Source: an uncultured bacterium (GTDB taxonomy: Bacteria; Patescibacteriota; Minisyncoccia; UBA6257; 2-01-FULL-56-20). From it: 64,000 nucleotides of DNA. Where the stretch lies: NCBI GenBank assembly GCA_963768625.1, contig CAVYIK010000003.1, positions 326,715-390,714 on the forward strand, given 5' to 3'. Position 1 is the stretch's first letter. Every line of letters begins with the position of its first letter. A program made the position numbers and the translations under genes. Under the pieces are notes generated by a model, which had not been told where the DNA came from, ran no database searches, and saw only the letters and a list, made by a program, of their open reading frames with translations. Of the stretch, positions 19,620-30,898 are shown piece by piece.

Positions 19620-20150
19620 TCACGCTTTGAAACCGAATTCTTTCTTGTCTTCCTCGGACGGCGGCCCCATAAGCTGCTTAATGGCGGCAAAAACAACCCG
19701 GAACCGCCCATCATATTTCTTTTCCATAGCTTCCAATTTCGTAGCAAGGTCTTTATTCGTCGCCAAAATTTGCCGCAACTGCACAAAAGCCCGCATGATG
19801 GCGATGTTCACTTGTATGGCGCGCTTGCTGTTTAACACGCTCGATAACATGGCAACGCCCTGCTCCGTAAAAACATACGGTAAGTAGCGCTGCCCGCCGC
19901 GACCTGCTTTTGAGGTCACAATTCGTGACCTCAAACTCCCCGCCTCCTCTGGTCGAAGCCTGAACATAAAATCTTCTGGGAAGCGATCCTGGTTCCGTTT
20001 CACCGCTTGATTCAATACCTTGGTTTCCACTTGATAAAGTTCCGCCAGGTCGCTGTCCAGCATCACTTTGCGTCCGCGTAAGAAATAAATCCGCCGTTCA
20101 ATTATTTCAAGGGGAACAATTTGCTGCTCTCTGGAAAGTTTTTTGTTCAT
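19620..20150 (-). CDS. ORF6N/KilA-N-like DNA-binding domain protein
   Basis: IYFLRGRKVMLDSDLAELYQVETKVLNQAVKRNQDRFPEDFMFRL is the ORF6N signature. The gene is AT-richer than its neighbours. Confidence 0.65.
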   Translation of the reverse strand: MNKKLSREQQIVPLEIIERRIYFLRGRKVMLDSDLAELYQVETKVLNQAVKRNQDRFPEDFMFRLRPEEAGSLRSRIVTSKAGRGGQRYLPYVFTEQGVAMLSSVLNSKRAIQVNIAIMRAFVQLRQILATNKDLATKLEAMEKKYDGRFRVVFAAIKQLMGPPSEEDKKEFGFKA

Positions 20151-20203
20151 AAAAACATAGTACTCGCGCCGCATTAAATCTCCCTAAAATATTCCTAAAA
20201 CGC

Positions 20204-20229
20204 AAAAGGCCCCCGTGAGGGGGCCTTTT
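20204..20229. terminator. bidirectional terminator
   Basis: aaaa-ggccccc-gtga-gggggcc-tttt. Confidence 0.7.
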
Positions 20230-20268
20230 GGAATTCCCGTCCGTCACAAGCGGAGGGAAAGCGCTCGA

Positions 20269-23200
20269 CTAGGAGCCAGGAGCAAACGTGGCTGAGATCA
20301 CGTTCAACGGTGTGATCGTGAACGGATACGCCACCGCGTTCGCGCCGCTTACCTGACCAGCGTCATAGTAAGCCGTGGTTGTCGTGGCCGGAATCGTTAC
20401 GCCCAAGGTGACCGAGTTGTTGCTGCTCCCTGATTGGAGGGCACTCGTGTCGTTCACGCGGAGCGTGAACGAGTAGGACGAACCGCCTGAGACCACGAAC
20501 GGAGTCGTGGTCGTCGAGAAGGTCCATGTCATAGTGCATGCACCAAGGGTGCCGCAAGAGCTCGTAGCTACCGAGGCGTTGTCAGACACCGTCACATCGT
20601 TGTTGTTCGCGTCGAGCAAGGTAACCGTGCTTGACGGAGCAGCGAAGGACGAGGAAACTGCGTTGCCCGTGAAGTTGAGGACCAAGGTCTTCAACATCGC
20701 GGAACCAGCGCTGTTTGCCGTGAAGGTGAGGGTCGCAAGGTTGTCCACTGCCGACTTCGTGCGGTTCGTGGTGTTGCCAAGAGCCGTCGCAGAAGGAGTA
20801 ACTACCGTGCGCAACACCGTCATCGTGTTGCCAACCGCACCGCCCGAGAGGGTCGTCGTCAGGTTGGAGCTTGCGCCCAACGCCGTCGCCGAGACCACGG
20901 AGAAGGTGGAGGTTGTGTTGTCCGTTGAACCAAGCGAGTTGTAGGAAGCAACGTCACCCTTTAAGGTCAACGTTACCGAGTTCGCTTGCGGGACGATCAC
21001 CGGCGTTCCGAAGTGGAACGAGTAGGTGTAACCGCCCTGTGCGCCGAAGAGCGCAACGTTCTTCGTTATCGCCAAACCACCCACGGTCGCCGTTGTGATC
21101 GAGAGCGTGTTGTAGTTCGAAGACGTAAGGACCACGGTGTTGTTAGTCGCCGCAGCCGATATGCCCGTCGGATAGGAAGCCGCCGCCAAAGCGATAGCCG
21201 CCTGGTCCGTGGTGCTTGCCGCCGAGACCGTAACGCTCACCGGGAAGCCGTCTACGACAATCGTAAGCGTTGAAGTAGCCGTAGTCGTGGCAGTATCATT
21301 GCTGCCGATCGTGACGATACCCGTAGCAGCGCCAGGAAGTCCGGTGGACGAAGCACTGCCCGCCGTACCAAGCAACGTGGAGCCGTTGTAGATGGCCACG
21401 TTCTGGAAGTCCGCCTTTGAACTCGTAGAGTTCTGGGCAATCGTCAAGTCCGTGATCTTCACGTTCTCAATGTTCTGGGTCTCCGCAAAGCGGTAGGCCG
21501 CCAAGGTATTCCCCGTGGAACCCATGACGAGCTGGGCTGACGCCGGAGCAGAAGAGTCAAGTCCCACCGACATCGTCGTGCCGCCGCCCGCGATGGTCAG
21601 GTTCTGACCAGTGACGGAACCACTGCATGAAATGGCATTGTAGGACACAACGCCCGTACCGGAGCAAGCCGTAAGGGATGCCGCGCCGCCCGTAGAAGAC
21701 GCCGCGCTTGAGAGCACGTCAGCGTAGACATCAACGTACGTCGTACCACCGGCAGGCACTGTGAAGGGCGAGCCGGAGAACGTGTACGTGCCCGCGTCAG
21801 CCACGACGCCCTGCGTCGTGCCGAACTGGGTACCTGCGATTATGAGCTTCAAGTTCTGAATGTCGGTGGAAACCGAGCCATTCGGATAAGGCTTGATGCT
21901 CACTGTGTTGATCTGCACGCCGCTCGCGGACGAAGCCGTGAAGGCGAACGAACCAACGTGGACATTCGTGGAGTTCGGCGTCACGTCTGTCGCCGTAGGC
22001 CGCGTTCTGCGTCACCGAGAGCAAGGTCGTCGCCAAAGAGAGCGAGCCGCCCTGCGTACCGGCCGAAGAGGCCTGCTGGCTTGAGATCAAGCCCTGCAAG
22101 TTGTTCTGGCCCGACTCGCTCGTCAGCTTGCCGACGATCGTCGCGAAGTTCGCCGTTGACTGAATGTCAGCCTTGAGCGAAAGGACGCGGGTCGTGTTCG
22201 CCGGAACAATGTAGTTGATCGGCGAGCTCGAACGTGCCAAAACAGTCCTTGTACGTTCCTGTAGTGGTCGTCGTCGCGTAAGAAGCAGCGGCGTTACGTT
22301 GCCGTACAGGTGTTGGAGGACGGAGGCGTGTTGATGGTTGTACCCACCTGGCCGCCTGCATCATCCGTCAATGCGACGTTCTTCAGCTGCAAAGCCAACG
22401 TAGTGGTGGCGTTGCCCGAAGCTGCCGTCGTGTCGATCTCGAAGTCAAAGAATTTGACCTTCACAGCCTCACCGGCCGCGTAGATGTCAAATTTCGCGAT
22501 CGTTACGCCGGACTGGCCCGCGGCAACATTGCCCGTCGGGAGTACCCGAGTCCTGCGTTACCGTGATCTGACCCTGTTGGATCGTGACCAGGGCGTCAAC
22601 GCCAGAGAGCGTCTGAAGCGCGATCGGAATGTTGTACTGCGAGTCGACCGCGTTCACGTCATAAGCGTTCAATACCTCGAACTGGAAGTTCTTGGAAGGA
22701 GAACCCATGACGTCTGCTGCGATCTGGACGTTGTTGTTGCCGGTGTTCAAGCCAGCGGGCGCAGCGGAGAGGTCGAAGTAGGCCGCCCCGTTCGCCGCGA
22801 CGGTCGCAAGGGTCGTTACCCACCTGCGTGCCGTTCACCATCAATTTCACGTTCCGGATGTCAGCCATGTTGGCCGAACCAATGACCGTGAACTTGATGC
22901 TCTCGAGCCACACCTTGCTGTTTGAACCGTTGAAGGTCCAAGCACCAACAATGTTGCCCTGCGTACCGGCCGTCACCTGCGTCGCGATGGACGTCGTAGT
23001 GACCGTAAGGCCGGCGATCGCCGGGTTGTTCACCGTGGTAGCGGTGAACGTGGCACCCTGCAACGGGAAGACGCCGGAAGGCGTGATCGCGTTGTTGTTC
23101 ACATCGGATGCCGAGATGTCTGTCGCTGCGTTCACGGAGAAGCTCACCGTGTTACCAGCCGAAAGGCCGGACGACGGGTCAATCGCTACCCAGAGGGTCT

Positions 23201-23984
23201 GTGTCTGGCCGGCAGGAACCGAGAAGTTCAAGCCGGAGAAGTCAATGACGCCCTGGTTAAGCGAGTTGTACTGGTAGAGCACCTGACCGTTTTGGATCAA
23301 GTACGCACCGCTGATGGAGCTGTCCGAAAGCACGCCGACTTTGTGCACCTTGATCTCATTCACCACGACCGCACCGGAGTTCGATGCCGTCAAGCTAATG
23401 GCCAAGACCGGAATGCGCGCGGCCGATGTGCTACCGTACCCACTCTGGGTGGTAACAAACGAACCGCTCGCCGGATTTTGGGAGCTGAGCGAGACCGCGA
23501 GGCCTGATGCCGGAGGCGTCACCGTTGTGGTCCCGGTGCCCGTTCCCGTACCAGTACCGGTACCCGTCCCAACCGCCATGGAATTCACGAATGCCCTGGT
23601 CTTAGGACCAAAGTATCCGGCTGCAGGAGAGATACCCTTTGCAGCCTGCCAGGCCGCCAAGGCCTTCTGGGTCAATGCCCCGAAGTAGCCCGTCGGCGAG
23701 GAGACTGCCGTAAGGTATCCACCATTGATCAGGAGCTGTTGCAGCGCGGTCACGCCTGCGCCCTTCGAACCAACGGTGAGGTCGCTGGTGAAGTTATACG
23801 CAGAGGTGGAACCGGTGCTTGAGCCCAACTGAGCCTGCAACTGATTGATCTGTGCCATCAAAGCCTGGATCTGCTGTTGAATTGTGGAAGCAGTCTGGGC
23901 GTTCGCGGCAGGAAGTGCAGCAATCCCCACTCCCCACACTATGGTGGAAAGGGTGAGTGCTACTGTTGCTATTTTTTTACTCAT
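20269..23984 (-). pseudogene. very large cell-surface (S-layer-like) protein, frame broken several times in the middle
   Basis: N-terminal piece 22659..23984 (signal peptide, PG-binding-like domain, Gly-Thr linker, beta-rich repeats). Middle pieces 22487..22750 and 21797..22240. C-terminal piece 20269..21984. All have the same Thr/Ser/Ala/Gly-rich composition but lie in different frames. Confidence 0.7.
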
Positions 23985-24270
23985 TTAGGAATTAGGTTTT
24001 TCGACGATTTATTTTGGAGATATCGACCGTTTGGCCGTCGACCTTTTTGTTTTTACGCTTTTTCTGGAACCGCTTTCTCCATCCTTGTCCGCTGCCGCTG
24101 TGAGGTTGCGGCGGTGGGAAGAACGAAGAATGCGGGGTTATATCGATAAAAAAGAAAAAACTCGCTTTTGGGCGAGGCTGAGAGCCGAAAGGGCGCATAC
24201 ACTAACACGCTCGGGCTCAGCCTCACACTGAACCTTTACAGCTAATTATAACGCGGAAATACTGAAAAAG

Positions 24271-24978
24271 TTACCCACCGGGCTGCCGGATCCGATAGAA
24301 TACCGACGGCCCCCCCATCCCCACCCTCTCTACCAAGTTTTGCTCAATAAGGGACTGGAGATCATATCGAATTGTCCTTTCGCTCGAACCCGGCAAAAGG
24401 TCCTGTATATCCTTAATCCGGCAATTGCCGGATTGCCGGATTCTATCCAAAATTGCCGTTTGCCGGTTCCCTGGCTCTGCCGCATTACTTGCCGGATTCA
24501 TTGCCGGATGGATTGCCGAATGAATTGCCGGATTATTAACGTTGCCGGATTCCCCATTGCCGCTTTCACCGTTGCCGGATTCGATGCTTCCATTGCCGCT
24601 TTTGCCACCACTATTCTTAAAAAGTGCCTCGTGCCCAGAAAAAATATCCCCCAAGGGCACTTCTTCGGCGGTTGCCGCTTTCTCTGGTCCGGCAACAGCA
24701 GCATTCATGCTGCCGAGCTGGGATATGATCGTCTCGGCATTTGCTTCGTGCACCAGCCCAACATCACTTCCGAACCTAATGAGATATTCTATCGCTCGCG
24801 CGACGGTGCTTACCCAGGCATAGTTTTCAACGGTTGCAGCATCTAGAAGAGATAACGCTTGCCGCTCAAGGTGCTCCTTAAGGGCAGAATTCGAAATCCT
24901 AGAACCCACGCGGAATACCGCGTAGCTGATTTCATAGGCCTTTTTGAAGATAAATTGGCGTTTGCCGGTTTCTTTCAT
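24271..24978 (-). CDS. DNA-binding protein with C-terminal DeoR-type winged HTH
   Basis: C-terminus RQTAILDRIRQSGNCRIKDIQDLLPGSSERTIRYDLQSLIEQNLVERVG. The central low-complexity SGNG/NPA region is encoded by TTGCCGGA repeats. Confidence 0.55.
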   Translation of the reverse strand: MKETGKRQFIFKKAYEISYAVFRVGSRISNSALKEHLERQALSLLDAATVENYAWVSTVARAIEYLIRFGSDVGLVHEANAETIISQLGSMNAAVAGPEKAATAEEVPLGDIFSGHEALFKNSGGKSGNGSIESGNGESGNGESGNVNNPAIHSAIHPAMNPASNAAEPGNRQTAILDRIRQSGNCRIKDIQDLLPGSSERTIRYDLQSLIEQNLVERVGMGGPSVFYRIRQPGG

Positions 24979-25028
24979 ACGGCAAAAGCATAATCCGGCA
25001 ATGCGGCAAAAGTCAAGCTAGGGATCCC

Positions 25029-25742
25029 CTATAAACCCCAGTGGGCAGAGGCGAGCACGATCACGAGAAGGCTGAGGACAGTCATGCTCGTGGTAAGGAT
25101 CTTTGTCCGCGTGAGGCCCGCGGAAAGGTATTCCGGCAAAAGATCGGCAAAGAGAACGGCAATAAGGAAAACGACGAGCGATTGGGAAATAAAATCGACA
25201 GGAAGGAAAAGCCCCATAATGAGGACCTGAGCAAGGGTAATAAAAGAAAGCCAGAGGGCGGAGCGCCGGACCATAGGATCCACGCCCGCATCCCGGGAAA
25301 ATGCGCTTATAAGATTTTTTAAGAGAAGGGTGAGGGCGGCCGCCATAAGGAATGTGGAGAAGAGCGCCACCCCTCCTACCCCCCCGTCGAACCGTAGGTA
25401 GAAGTCACGCAAAAGCAGGAAAGTGAGAACGAGCATGAGGAATTCGTGCGCCGAACGCCGGTCAATGACGATGAGGTCCTTAATAAGGAGGATCGCATAA
25501 AAGACCACTGCAAAAACGAGCGCGAACGCGATGCCGGGCGTCTCCAGATAGGCAAGAAGCAAGAGGGCAAAAAATGGCACTGCGAGCTTGCCCACGTGGA
25601 ACCAGGGCATGAAATAAAGGTAGAGGGCAACAAAAAGGAAAAGCCAGAACGGCAGCCAATACCAGGCAAGCGCGAAAATACCGGCCTTAAGGAGTGAAGA
25701 CCAGTGAATTCGCCTTGAAATTGACTTTAACCTTTCCGCCAT
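25029..25742 (-). CDS. hypothetical polytopic membrane protein
   Basis: 237-aa ORF with about 7 hydrophobic helices. The N-terminus overlaps the clpB 3' end by 56 nt, so the start is uncertain. Confidence 0.5.
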   Translation of the reverse strand: MAERLKSISRRIHWSSLLKAGIFALAWYWLPFWLFLFVALYLYFMPWFHVGKLAVPFFALLLLAYLETPGIAFALVFAVVFYAILLIKDLIVIDRRSAHEFLMLVLTFLLLRDFYLRFDGGVGGVALFSTFLMAAALTLLLKNLISAFSRDAGVDPMVRRSALWLSFITLAQVLIMGLFLPVDFISQSLVVFLIAVLFADLLPEYLSAGLTRTKILTTSMTVLSLLVIVLASAHWGL

Positions 25743-28332
25743 CTTTGAATTCGCCTCGAATGATCTTATCGGCTAGCTTATCAAGGATAACCTTCTGGAT
25801 AAGCCGTTTCAAGGGACGCGCGCCGAATTCCGCGCTGAACCCTTCCTTCGCAATATATTCGCGGGCCCCGGCTTCGATCTCAAGCTTTATATTCCGCTCC
25901 GCGAGCCGTTTCTCAATAAGCGCGATCTGGAGGTCAACGATCTTCTGGATCTCCGCCCTGTGGAGCGGGTTGAATATGACCACATCGTCAATGCGGTTCA
26001 GGAATTCCGGACGGAAGTTGCCCTTGAGGGCGTCCATCACTTTCCCTTTATAATCCTCCTCTTCCGCGGATGATTCCGGCCCTTCGGCGCTGAAACCGAT
26101 GCGGGACATCGCTTTCAGGTACTGGCTGCCTACGTTTGAGGTCATGATGATGATCGTATTCTTGAAATTCACCACTTTCCCCTTGCTGTCCGTGAGGCGG
26201 CCGTTGTCGAGCACCTGCAGAAGCAGGTTGAAAACCTCCGGATGCGCTTTTTCTATCTCGTCAAACAGAACTAAGCTGTACGGCCGATGGCGCAGCATTT
26301 CCGTAAGCTGCCCGCCCTCTTCGTGGCCCACGTAGCCGGGCGGGGATCCCACAAGCCGCGAGACCGCGTGGCGCTCCATGTATTCCGACATGTCAATACG
26401 CACGAGCGCCTTTTCGTCATTGAACATGAATTCCGCGAGCGCCTTCGCAAGCTCGGTTTTGCCCACACCCGTAGGTCCAAGGAACATAAAGGAACCGATG
26501 GGGCGGTTCTCGTCGGAAAGCCCGGCGCGGGACCGGCGGAGTGCTGAAGCGACCGCCGTGATGGCCTCTTCCTGGCCTACGACGCGGCTGTGGAGCACCT
26601 CTTCTATCTTTATGAGCTTCTCCGATTCGGTCTCAAGCATCCGCCGCAAGGGTATACCCGTCCAGACCGAGACCACCGCCGCGACGTCCTCCTTATCTAC
26701 CGCTTCCTTCAAGAAGCGGTCCGCAGGGGCGCCTTTCGGCTTTTTCGCGCCCTTTGGCGTGCCGAAATTCTTCTTTTCGAAACTTTGGAAGTCCTTTTCC
26801 GACTGCGGCAGTTCGCCGTAAATGATCTGCGCCACCCGTTCCAGGTTGCCCCCGCGCTCCGCGATCTCCGCTTCACGCTTCAGGTTGTCCACCTTTTGCC
26901 GCAATTGATGCAGTGTTTCAAATTTTATCTTCTCCGAATGCCATTTGCTCGAGAGCTCGTCGTTCTGCTCCTTCAGCTTTCCGATCTCCTTGTCAATCTC
27001 TTTTACGCGCTCGTTCCCCTTCCCGTTCTCCTTCGTAAGCGCCTGCTTTTCCACCTCGCGCCGCGTGATCTCGCGCCGAAGCTGGTCGATCTCCTTCGGC
27101 AAACTTTCCGATTCCAGCCGCCGGGCAGCCGCCGCTTCGTCAATCAGGTCCACTGCCTTGTCCGGCAGGAACCGGTCGGTAATGTAGCGGGCAGAAAGAT
27201 TCACCGCTTCAATGATTGCTTCGTCGCTGATCCGCATGCCGTGATGGATCTCATACTTCTCCTTGAGGCCGCGGAGGATGGCGATGGAGTCGTCTATTGA
27301 CGGTTCCTCCACCATGATCGGCTGGAAGCGCCGCTCGAGCGCTGCGTCTTTCTCTATATATTTCTGGTATTCGCGGATGGTGGTCGCACCGATCGCGTGC
27401 AGCTCGCCCCGCGAGAGCGCCGGCTTCAAAAGGTTTGATGCGTCAATCGCGCCCTCGGCGGCGCCCGCCCCCACGATCGTGTGTATCTCGTCTATGAAAA
27501 GGATTATCTGTCCCGCGGCATTCTTGATCTCTTTCGTGAACGCCTTGAGGCGGTCCTCAAACTCGCCGCGGAACTTGGTGCCGGCGATAAGGGAGCCCAA
27601 ATCAAGCATGATAACCTGCTTCCCCTTGAGCGGCTCCGGGACGTCGCCCGCAACGATGCGTTGGGCAAGGCCTTCCACGATCGCCGTTTTCCCTACGCCC
27701 GGTTCGCCGATGAGGCATGGGTTGTTCTTGGTACGGCGCGAGAGCACCTGCATCACACGGCGCAATTCTTCCTCACGCCCGATCACGGGGTCAAGCTGTC
27801 CCGCCTTCGCCTTCTCGCTCAAATTGATCGCATATTTTTCTAAAACTTGGAATTTGCTCTCGGGGGTCTCGTCCGTGACGCGCGTTGAGCCGCGGAGCTG
27901 GGCCAGGATCCGGAAAGCCGTCTCCCGCCGAACGCCGAATTTTTCTAGGACGCTCTTCGCGGTTCCGGGTATCTCAAGGAGCGCAAGGAGCAGGTGCTCG
28001 CACGAAATGAACTCATCCTTCTGCTGCGCCGCTACCTTCGCCGCCTGGTCGAGCACTTTCATCAGTTCCTGTGAAAGATAAAGCTGCCCAACGGTGGAGT
28101 TCGCGAGGATCGGCGGGATGCGGTCCAGCTCCAGCTCTATCTGCTCATCCAGTTTTTCAACGTTCACGCCAGAGCGTTCAAGGACGGGTACCACAAGCGA
28201 TTGCTCGTCTTCCAAGAGCGCCGCCAAAAGATGCAGTCCTTTGAGTTCGCCATGGTTCTTCTTTGCAGAGATCTCCTGTGCGTTCTGCAATGCTTCCTGG
28301 GCCTTTATGGTGAAACGGTGGAAATTGGGCAT
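25687..28332 (-). CDS. clpB: ATP-dependent chaperone ClpB
   Basis: Intact 881 aa. Clp N repeats, two AAA+ modules ([15 protein letters not shown] and [15 protein letters not shown]) and a long coiled-coil middle domain. Confidence 0.95.
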   Translation of the reverse strand: MPNFHRFTIKAQEALQNAQEISAKKNHGELKGLHLLAALLEDEQSLVVPVLERSGVNVEKLDEQIELELDRIPPILANSTVGQLYLSQELMKVLDQAAKVAAQQKDEFISCEHLLLALLEIPGTAKSVLEKFGVRRETAFRILAQLRGSTRVTDETPESKFQVLEKYAINLSEKAKAGQLDPVIGREEELRRVMQVLSRRTKNNPCLIGEPGVGKTAIVEGLAQRIVAGDVPEPLKGKQVIMLDLGSLIAGTKFRGEFEDRLKAFTKEIKNAAGQIILFIDEIHTIVGAGAAEGAIDASNLLKPALSRGELHAIGATTIREYQKYIEKDAALERRFQPIMVEEPSIDDSIAILRGLKEKYEIHHGMRISDEAIIEAVNLSARYITDRFLPDKAVDLIDEAAAARRLESESLPKEIDQLRREITRREVEKQALTKENGKGNERVKEIDKEIGKLKEQNDELSSKWHSEKIKFETLHQLRQKVDNLKREAEIAERGGNLERVAQIIYGELPQSEKDFQSFEKKNFGTPKGAKKPKGAPADRFLKEAVDKEDVAAVVSVWTGIPLRRMLETESEKLIKIEEVLHSRVVGQEEAITAVASALRRSRAGLSDENRPIGSFMFLGPTGVGKTELAKALAEFMFNDEKALVRIDMSEYMERHAVSRLVGSPPGYVGHEEGGQLTEMLRHRPYSLVLFDEIEKAHPEVFNLLLQVLDNGRLTDSKGKVVNFKNTIIIMTSNVGSQYLKAMSRIGFSAEGPESSAEEEDYKGKVMDALKGNFRPEFLNRIDDVVIFNPLHRAEIQKIVDLQIALIEKRLAERNIKLEIEAGAREYIAKEGFSAEFGARPLKRLIQKVILDKLADKIIRGEFKDGGKVKVNFKANSLVFTP

Positions 28333-28372
28333 AGGGTTATATTGGCAATCTTACCGCGAGACTGCTAATCGG

Positions 28373-29650
28373 TCAAGAACCCGCTGGGCGCTTTGCGAGC
28401 GTGGCGGTCAAGGTTACTTGCTTGCCTCCGCGGTTCACGATGAGAGTCACGGTGTCCCCCACATTGTATCCCGCAATCACCGTGCCAAGGTCATGGTCGC
28501 TGTCCAACTTTTCACCGTTCACCGAAAGGATGATGTCCTCCGCTTGGAGGCCTGCCTTCGCGGCGGGCGAATTGGGCTGCACCGCCGGCCCCTGGTCGCT
28601 CCCCCGCACGAGCGCCCCATAGTCGACAGGCAATTTTTGCTGTTGGGCAATGTCCGCGGTCACCGCAAGATAGCGTACGCCGAGATAGGGCGTCTGGATC
28701 TGCCCGGTGGACTCCACGGAGCTAATGTCGTGCTTCGCACGGTTAATTGGTATTGCGAAGCCGATGTTCTGCGCATCCGACGCGACAGCGGTGTTAATGC
28801 CCACCACCTCGCCGCGCAGGTTAAGGAGCGGTCCGCCCGAATTCCCTGGGTTGATCGCCGCATCGGTCTGGATGACGCCTTGGATGGTCTCCTGCGCTCC
28901 CGTATCAGGGGCGGACGCCGTCACCGTCCGCGCGAGGCCCGAGATTACCCCCACAGAAACGGTGTTCGAGAATTGTCCGAGTGCGTTCCCGATCGCGATC
29001 GCCGTCTGGCCGAGCGCCAGACCGTCGGAGTCGCCAAGCGTAACGGTGGGGAGCCCTGTCGCATTTATCTTCACGACTGCGAGGTCCTGGTTCGGATCCC
29101 GCGCGAGCACTTTCGCATCATATTTTTTCCCGTCGTCCGTGATCACCGTATACGAAGCGCTCGCGTCGGAGACTACATGCTTATTCGTGAGTATCAAGCC
29201 GTCCGAAGAGACAATAAATCCGCTCCCGCCGCCTACCTGCTGCAGCTGGGTCTTCCCCGTATCGCAGGGCTGGGTAAGCCCCTGGTCATTCCCAAGAAAT
29301 TGCTGGAATTGGGGCGGCAGGTCGCCGAAGGGATTGTAAGGACATTGCTCAACGATCGGCACGTTTTCCGAGATGACGATGGAAACAACCGCGGGCGACG
29401 CCGTTTTTACGCCGTTCACGACCGCCTGTTCATAATCGATGGCCGGCTGATACAGGGAGACCGAGGACGATCGGGTGGAGGACTGCGTCCCCGACGGAGA
29501 CGCGGCGAACGGCGAGAATAACTTGCCGAAGAAGTCCGTAAAGGCGTTTGCCTGTGCCGTAGGGGCGCTTACTGCAACACCCAAGAGCAGCCCCACGACG
29601 AGGGCTCCCGTAATGATCGCGAGTATTTTCTTGTTTCGGTCATCCATCAT
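28373..29650 (-). CDS. HtrA/DegP family serine protease with PDZ domain
   Basis: Intact 425 aa. TM anchor, TNKHVV (His), GNSGGPLLN (Ser) and a C-terminal PDZ. Confidence 0.9.
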   Translation of the reverse strand: MMDDRNKKILAIITGALVVGLLLGVAVSAPTAQANAFTDFFGKLFSPFAASPSGTQSSTRSSSVSLYQPAIDYEQAVVNGVKTASPAVVSIVISENVPIVEQCPYNPFGDLPPQFQQFLGNDQGLTQPCDTGKTQLQQVGGGSGFIVSSDGLILTNKHVVSDASASYTVITDDGKKYDAKVLARDPNQDLAVVKINATGLPTVTLGDSDGLALGQTAIAIGNALGQFSNTVSVGVISGLARTVTASAPDTGAQETIQGVIQTDAAINPGNSGGPLLNLRGEVVGINTAVASDAQNIGFAIPINRAKHDISSVESTGQIQTPYLGVRYLAVTADIAQQQKLPVDYGALVRGSDQGPAVQPNSPAAKAGLQAEDIILSVNGEKLDSDHDLGTVIAGYNVGDTVTLIVNRGGKQVTLTATLAKRPAGS

Positions 29651-29713
29651 GGCTTACTTCTATAATACGATACTACGAAGCGTGCCGCGAAAAAGTTTCG
29701 CTAGGACGCCATT

Positions 29714-30886
29714 TCAGAGCGCCGCTTTTATAATGCTGGCGGCCGCGCTTATCTCCGCCTCTGTCGTCGGACGGCCCAAACTGAAACGGATGCTCGATTT
29801 CGCGCGTTCCTTGGAATGACCGACTGCCTCGATGACATATGAAGATTTGATCGCGCGCGAGCGGCAGGCGGAGCCAGCAGAGACAGCAAGGCCGTTCAGG
29901 TCGAACTTGGCAAGCAGGTCTTCTGCGGCATGGCCGGGGAAATATACATTGAGGATGTTTGGCAACGCTGGCGTTTCCCCGCCGATCGCGGATCCATTTA
30001 TTTCCGCTTCCGGGAATATCGATCGTATCCTCTCCCAAAGGCGGCTGCGAAGCGCCGCGATCCGTTTTGATTCTTCCCCTCGTGCAGCGCAGGCAAGCTC
30101 CACTGCCTTTGCGAAACCGACGATCCCGGGAACATTTTCCGTCCCCGAGCGCAGCCCAAACTCCTGTCCGCCGCCCGTTACCATTGGGGCGAGGAGCGAA
30201 AGTTCCTTTACGTACAAGGCGCCAATCCCTTTCGGACCGTAGATCTTATGCGAAGAAATGGTCATAAGGTCAACGCCCATTTTTTTTACGTCACAATCCA
30301 AAAACTGGAACGCTTGTGCTGCATCAGTATGAAAAAGCGGGAAGGCGCCCTTGCCGCGGAATGCGGCAATTATCCGCGCGATTTCGACAATAGGCTCGAT
30401 GGTCCCGATCTCGTTATTCGCGTACATTACGGAAACAAGCGCGGTGTGTCCCGTCAAGTTTTCTTTAATCTTTTTTAAATCCACTGTCCCGTCCGCGCTC
30501 ACGGGAACAAAGATCACCTCAACGCCTTCCTGAGCAAGGTCCCGCGCCGTCTCAAGCACCGATTCGTGTTCGATCGCAGAGATGATGATGCGCGACTTCC
30601 CTTTACGCATGGTCTCGTGCGCGTCTCGGAATTTCCGCACCGCGCCCCGGAGCGCAAGATTATTCGCCTCCGACGCGGAGCTCGTGAACACTATCTGCCG
30701 GAAGTCCGCTCCGATTGCCCGGGCGATCGTTTCGCGCGACCGGTCTACTGCGGCAATGGCCTCCTGCCCTTCGACGTGCAGCGACCCCGGATTCCCGAAA
30801 TGCCCGGAAAAATAAGGCGTGATCGCGCGCAAAACCTCCGGGTCAACCGGCGTCGTCGCGGCGTAATCAAGATATATCCTCTTCAT
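29714..30886 (-). CDS. cysteine desulfurase (NifS/IscS-like, class V aminotransferase)
   Basis: Intact 390 aa. PLP-lysine motif SSHKIYGPKG and active-site loop SAGSACRS. Confidence 0.9.
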   Translation of the reverse strand: MKRIYLDYAATTPVDPEVLRAITPYFSGHFGNPGSLHVEGQEAIAAVDRSRETIARAIGADFRQIVFTSSASEANNLALRGAVRKFRDAHETMRKGKSRIIISAIEHESVLETARDLAQEGVEVIFVPVSADGTVDLKKIKENLTGHTALVSVMYANNEIGTIEPIVEIARIIAAFRGKGAFPLFHTDAAQAFQFLDCDVKKMGVDLMTISSHKIYGPKGIGALYVKELSLLAPMVTGGGQEFGLRSGTENVPGIVGFAKAVELACAARGEESKRIAALRSRLWERIRSIFPEAEINGSAIGGETPALPNILNVYFPGHAAEDLLAKFDLNGLAVSAGSACRSRAIKSSYVIEAVGHSKERAKSSIRFSLGRPTTEAEISAAASIIKAAL

Positions 30887-30898
30887 GGCGCGCCGTCT

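Noticed and set aside
23515-23580. GTGTGTGTGTGTGT peptide in the surface protein, suspected to be encoded by a DNA microsatellite like the one in the RT.
   Set aside because: The DNA uses mixed Gly/Thr codons (ggtacc ggtact ggtacg ggaacg ggcacc...), so it is not a slippage-prone perfect repeat.
24415-24600. TTGCCGGA repeat cluster considered as a CRISPR-like or tandem-repeat array.
   Set aside because: The spacing is irregular (8-30 nt) and there are no unique spacers of constant length. The whole cluster lies inside an intact ORF. No CRISPR array was seen anywhere in the window.
28094-29521. Very long plus-strand ORF (475 aa). Similar long ORFs occur at 31097..32035, 51664..52677, 35702..36550, 18252..19037, 48143..48814 and 26590..27300.
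   Set aside because: Each lies antisense to a strongly conserved gene (htrA/clpB, exonuclease/ykuK, rpsA, recA, and so on). Their Arg/Pro/Gly-rich composition is typical of shadow ORFs in GC-rich DNA, and they contain no recognisable motifs.
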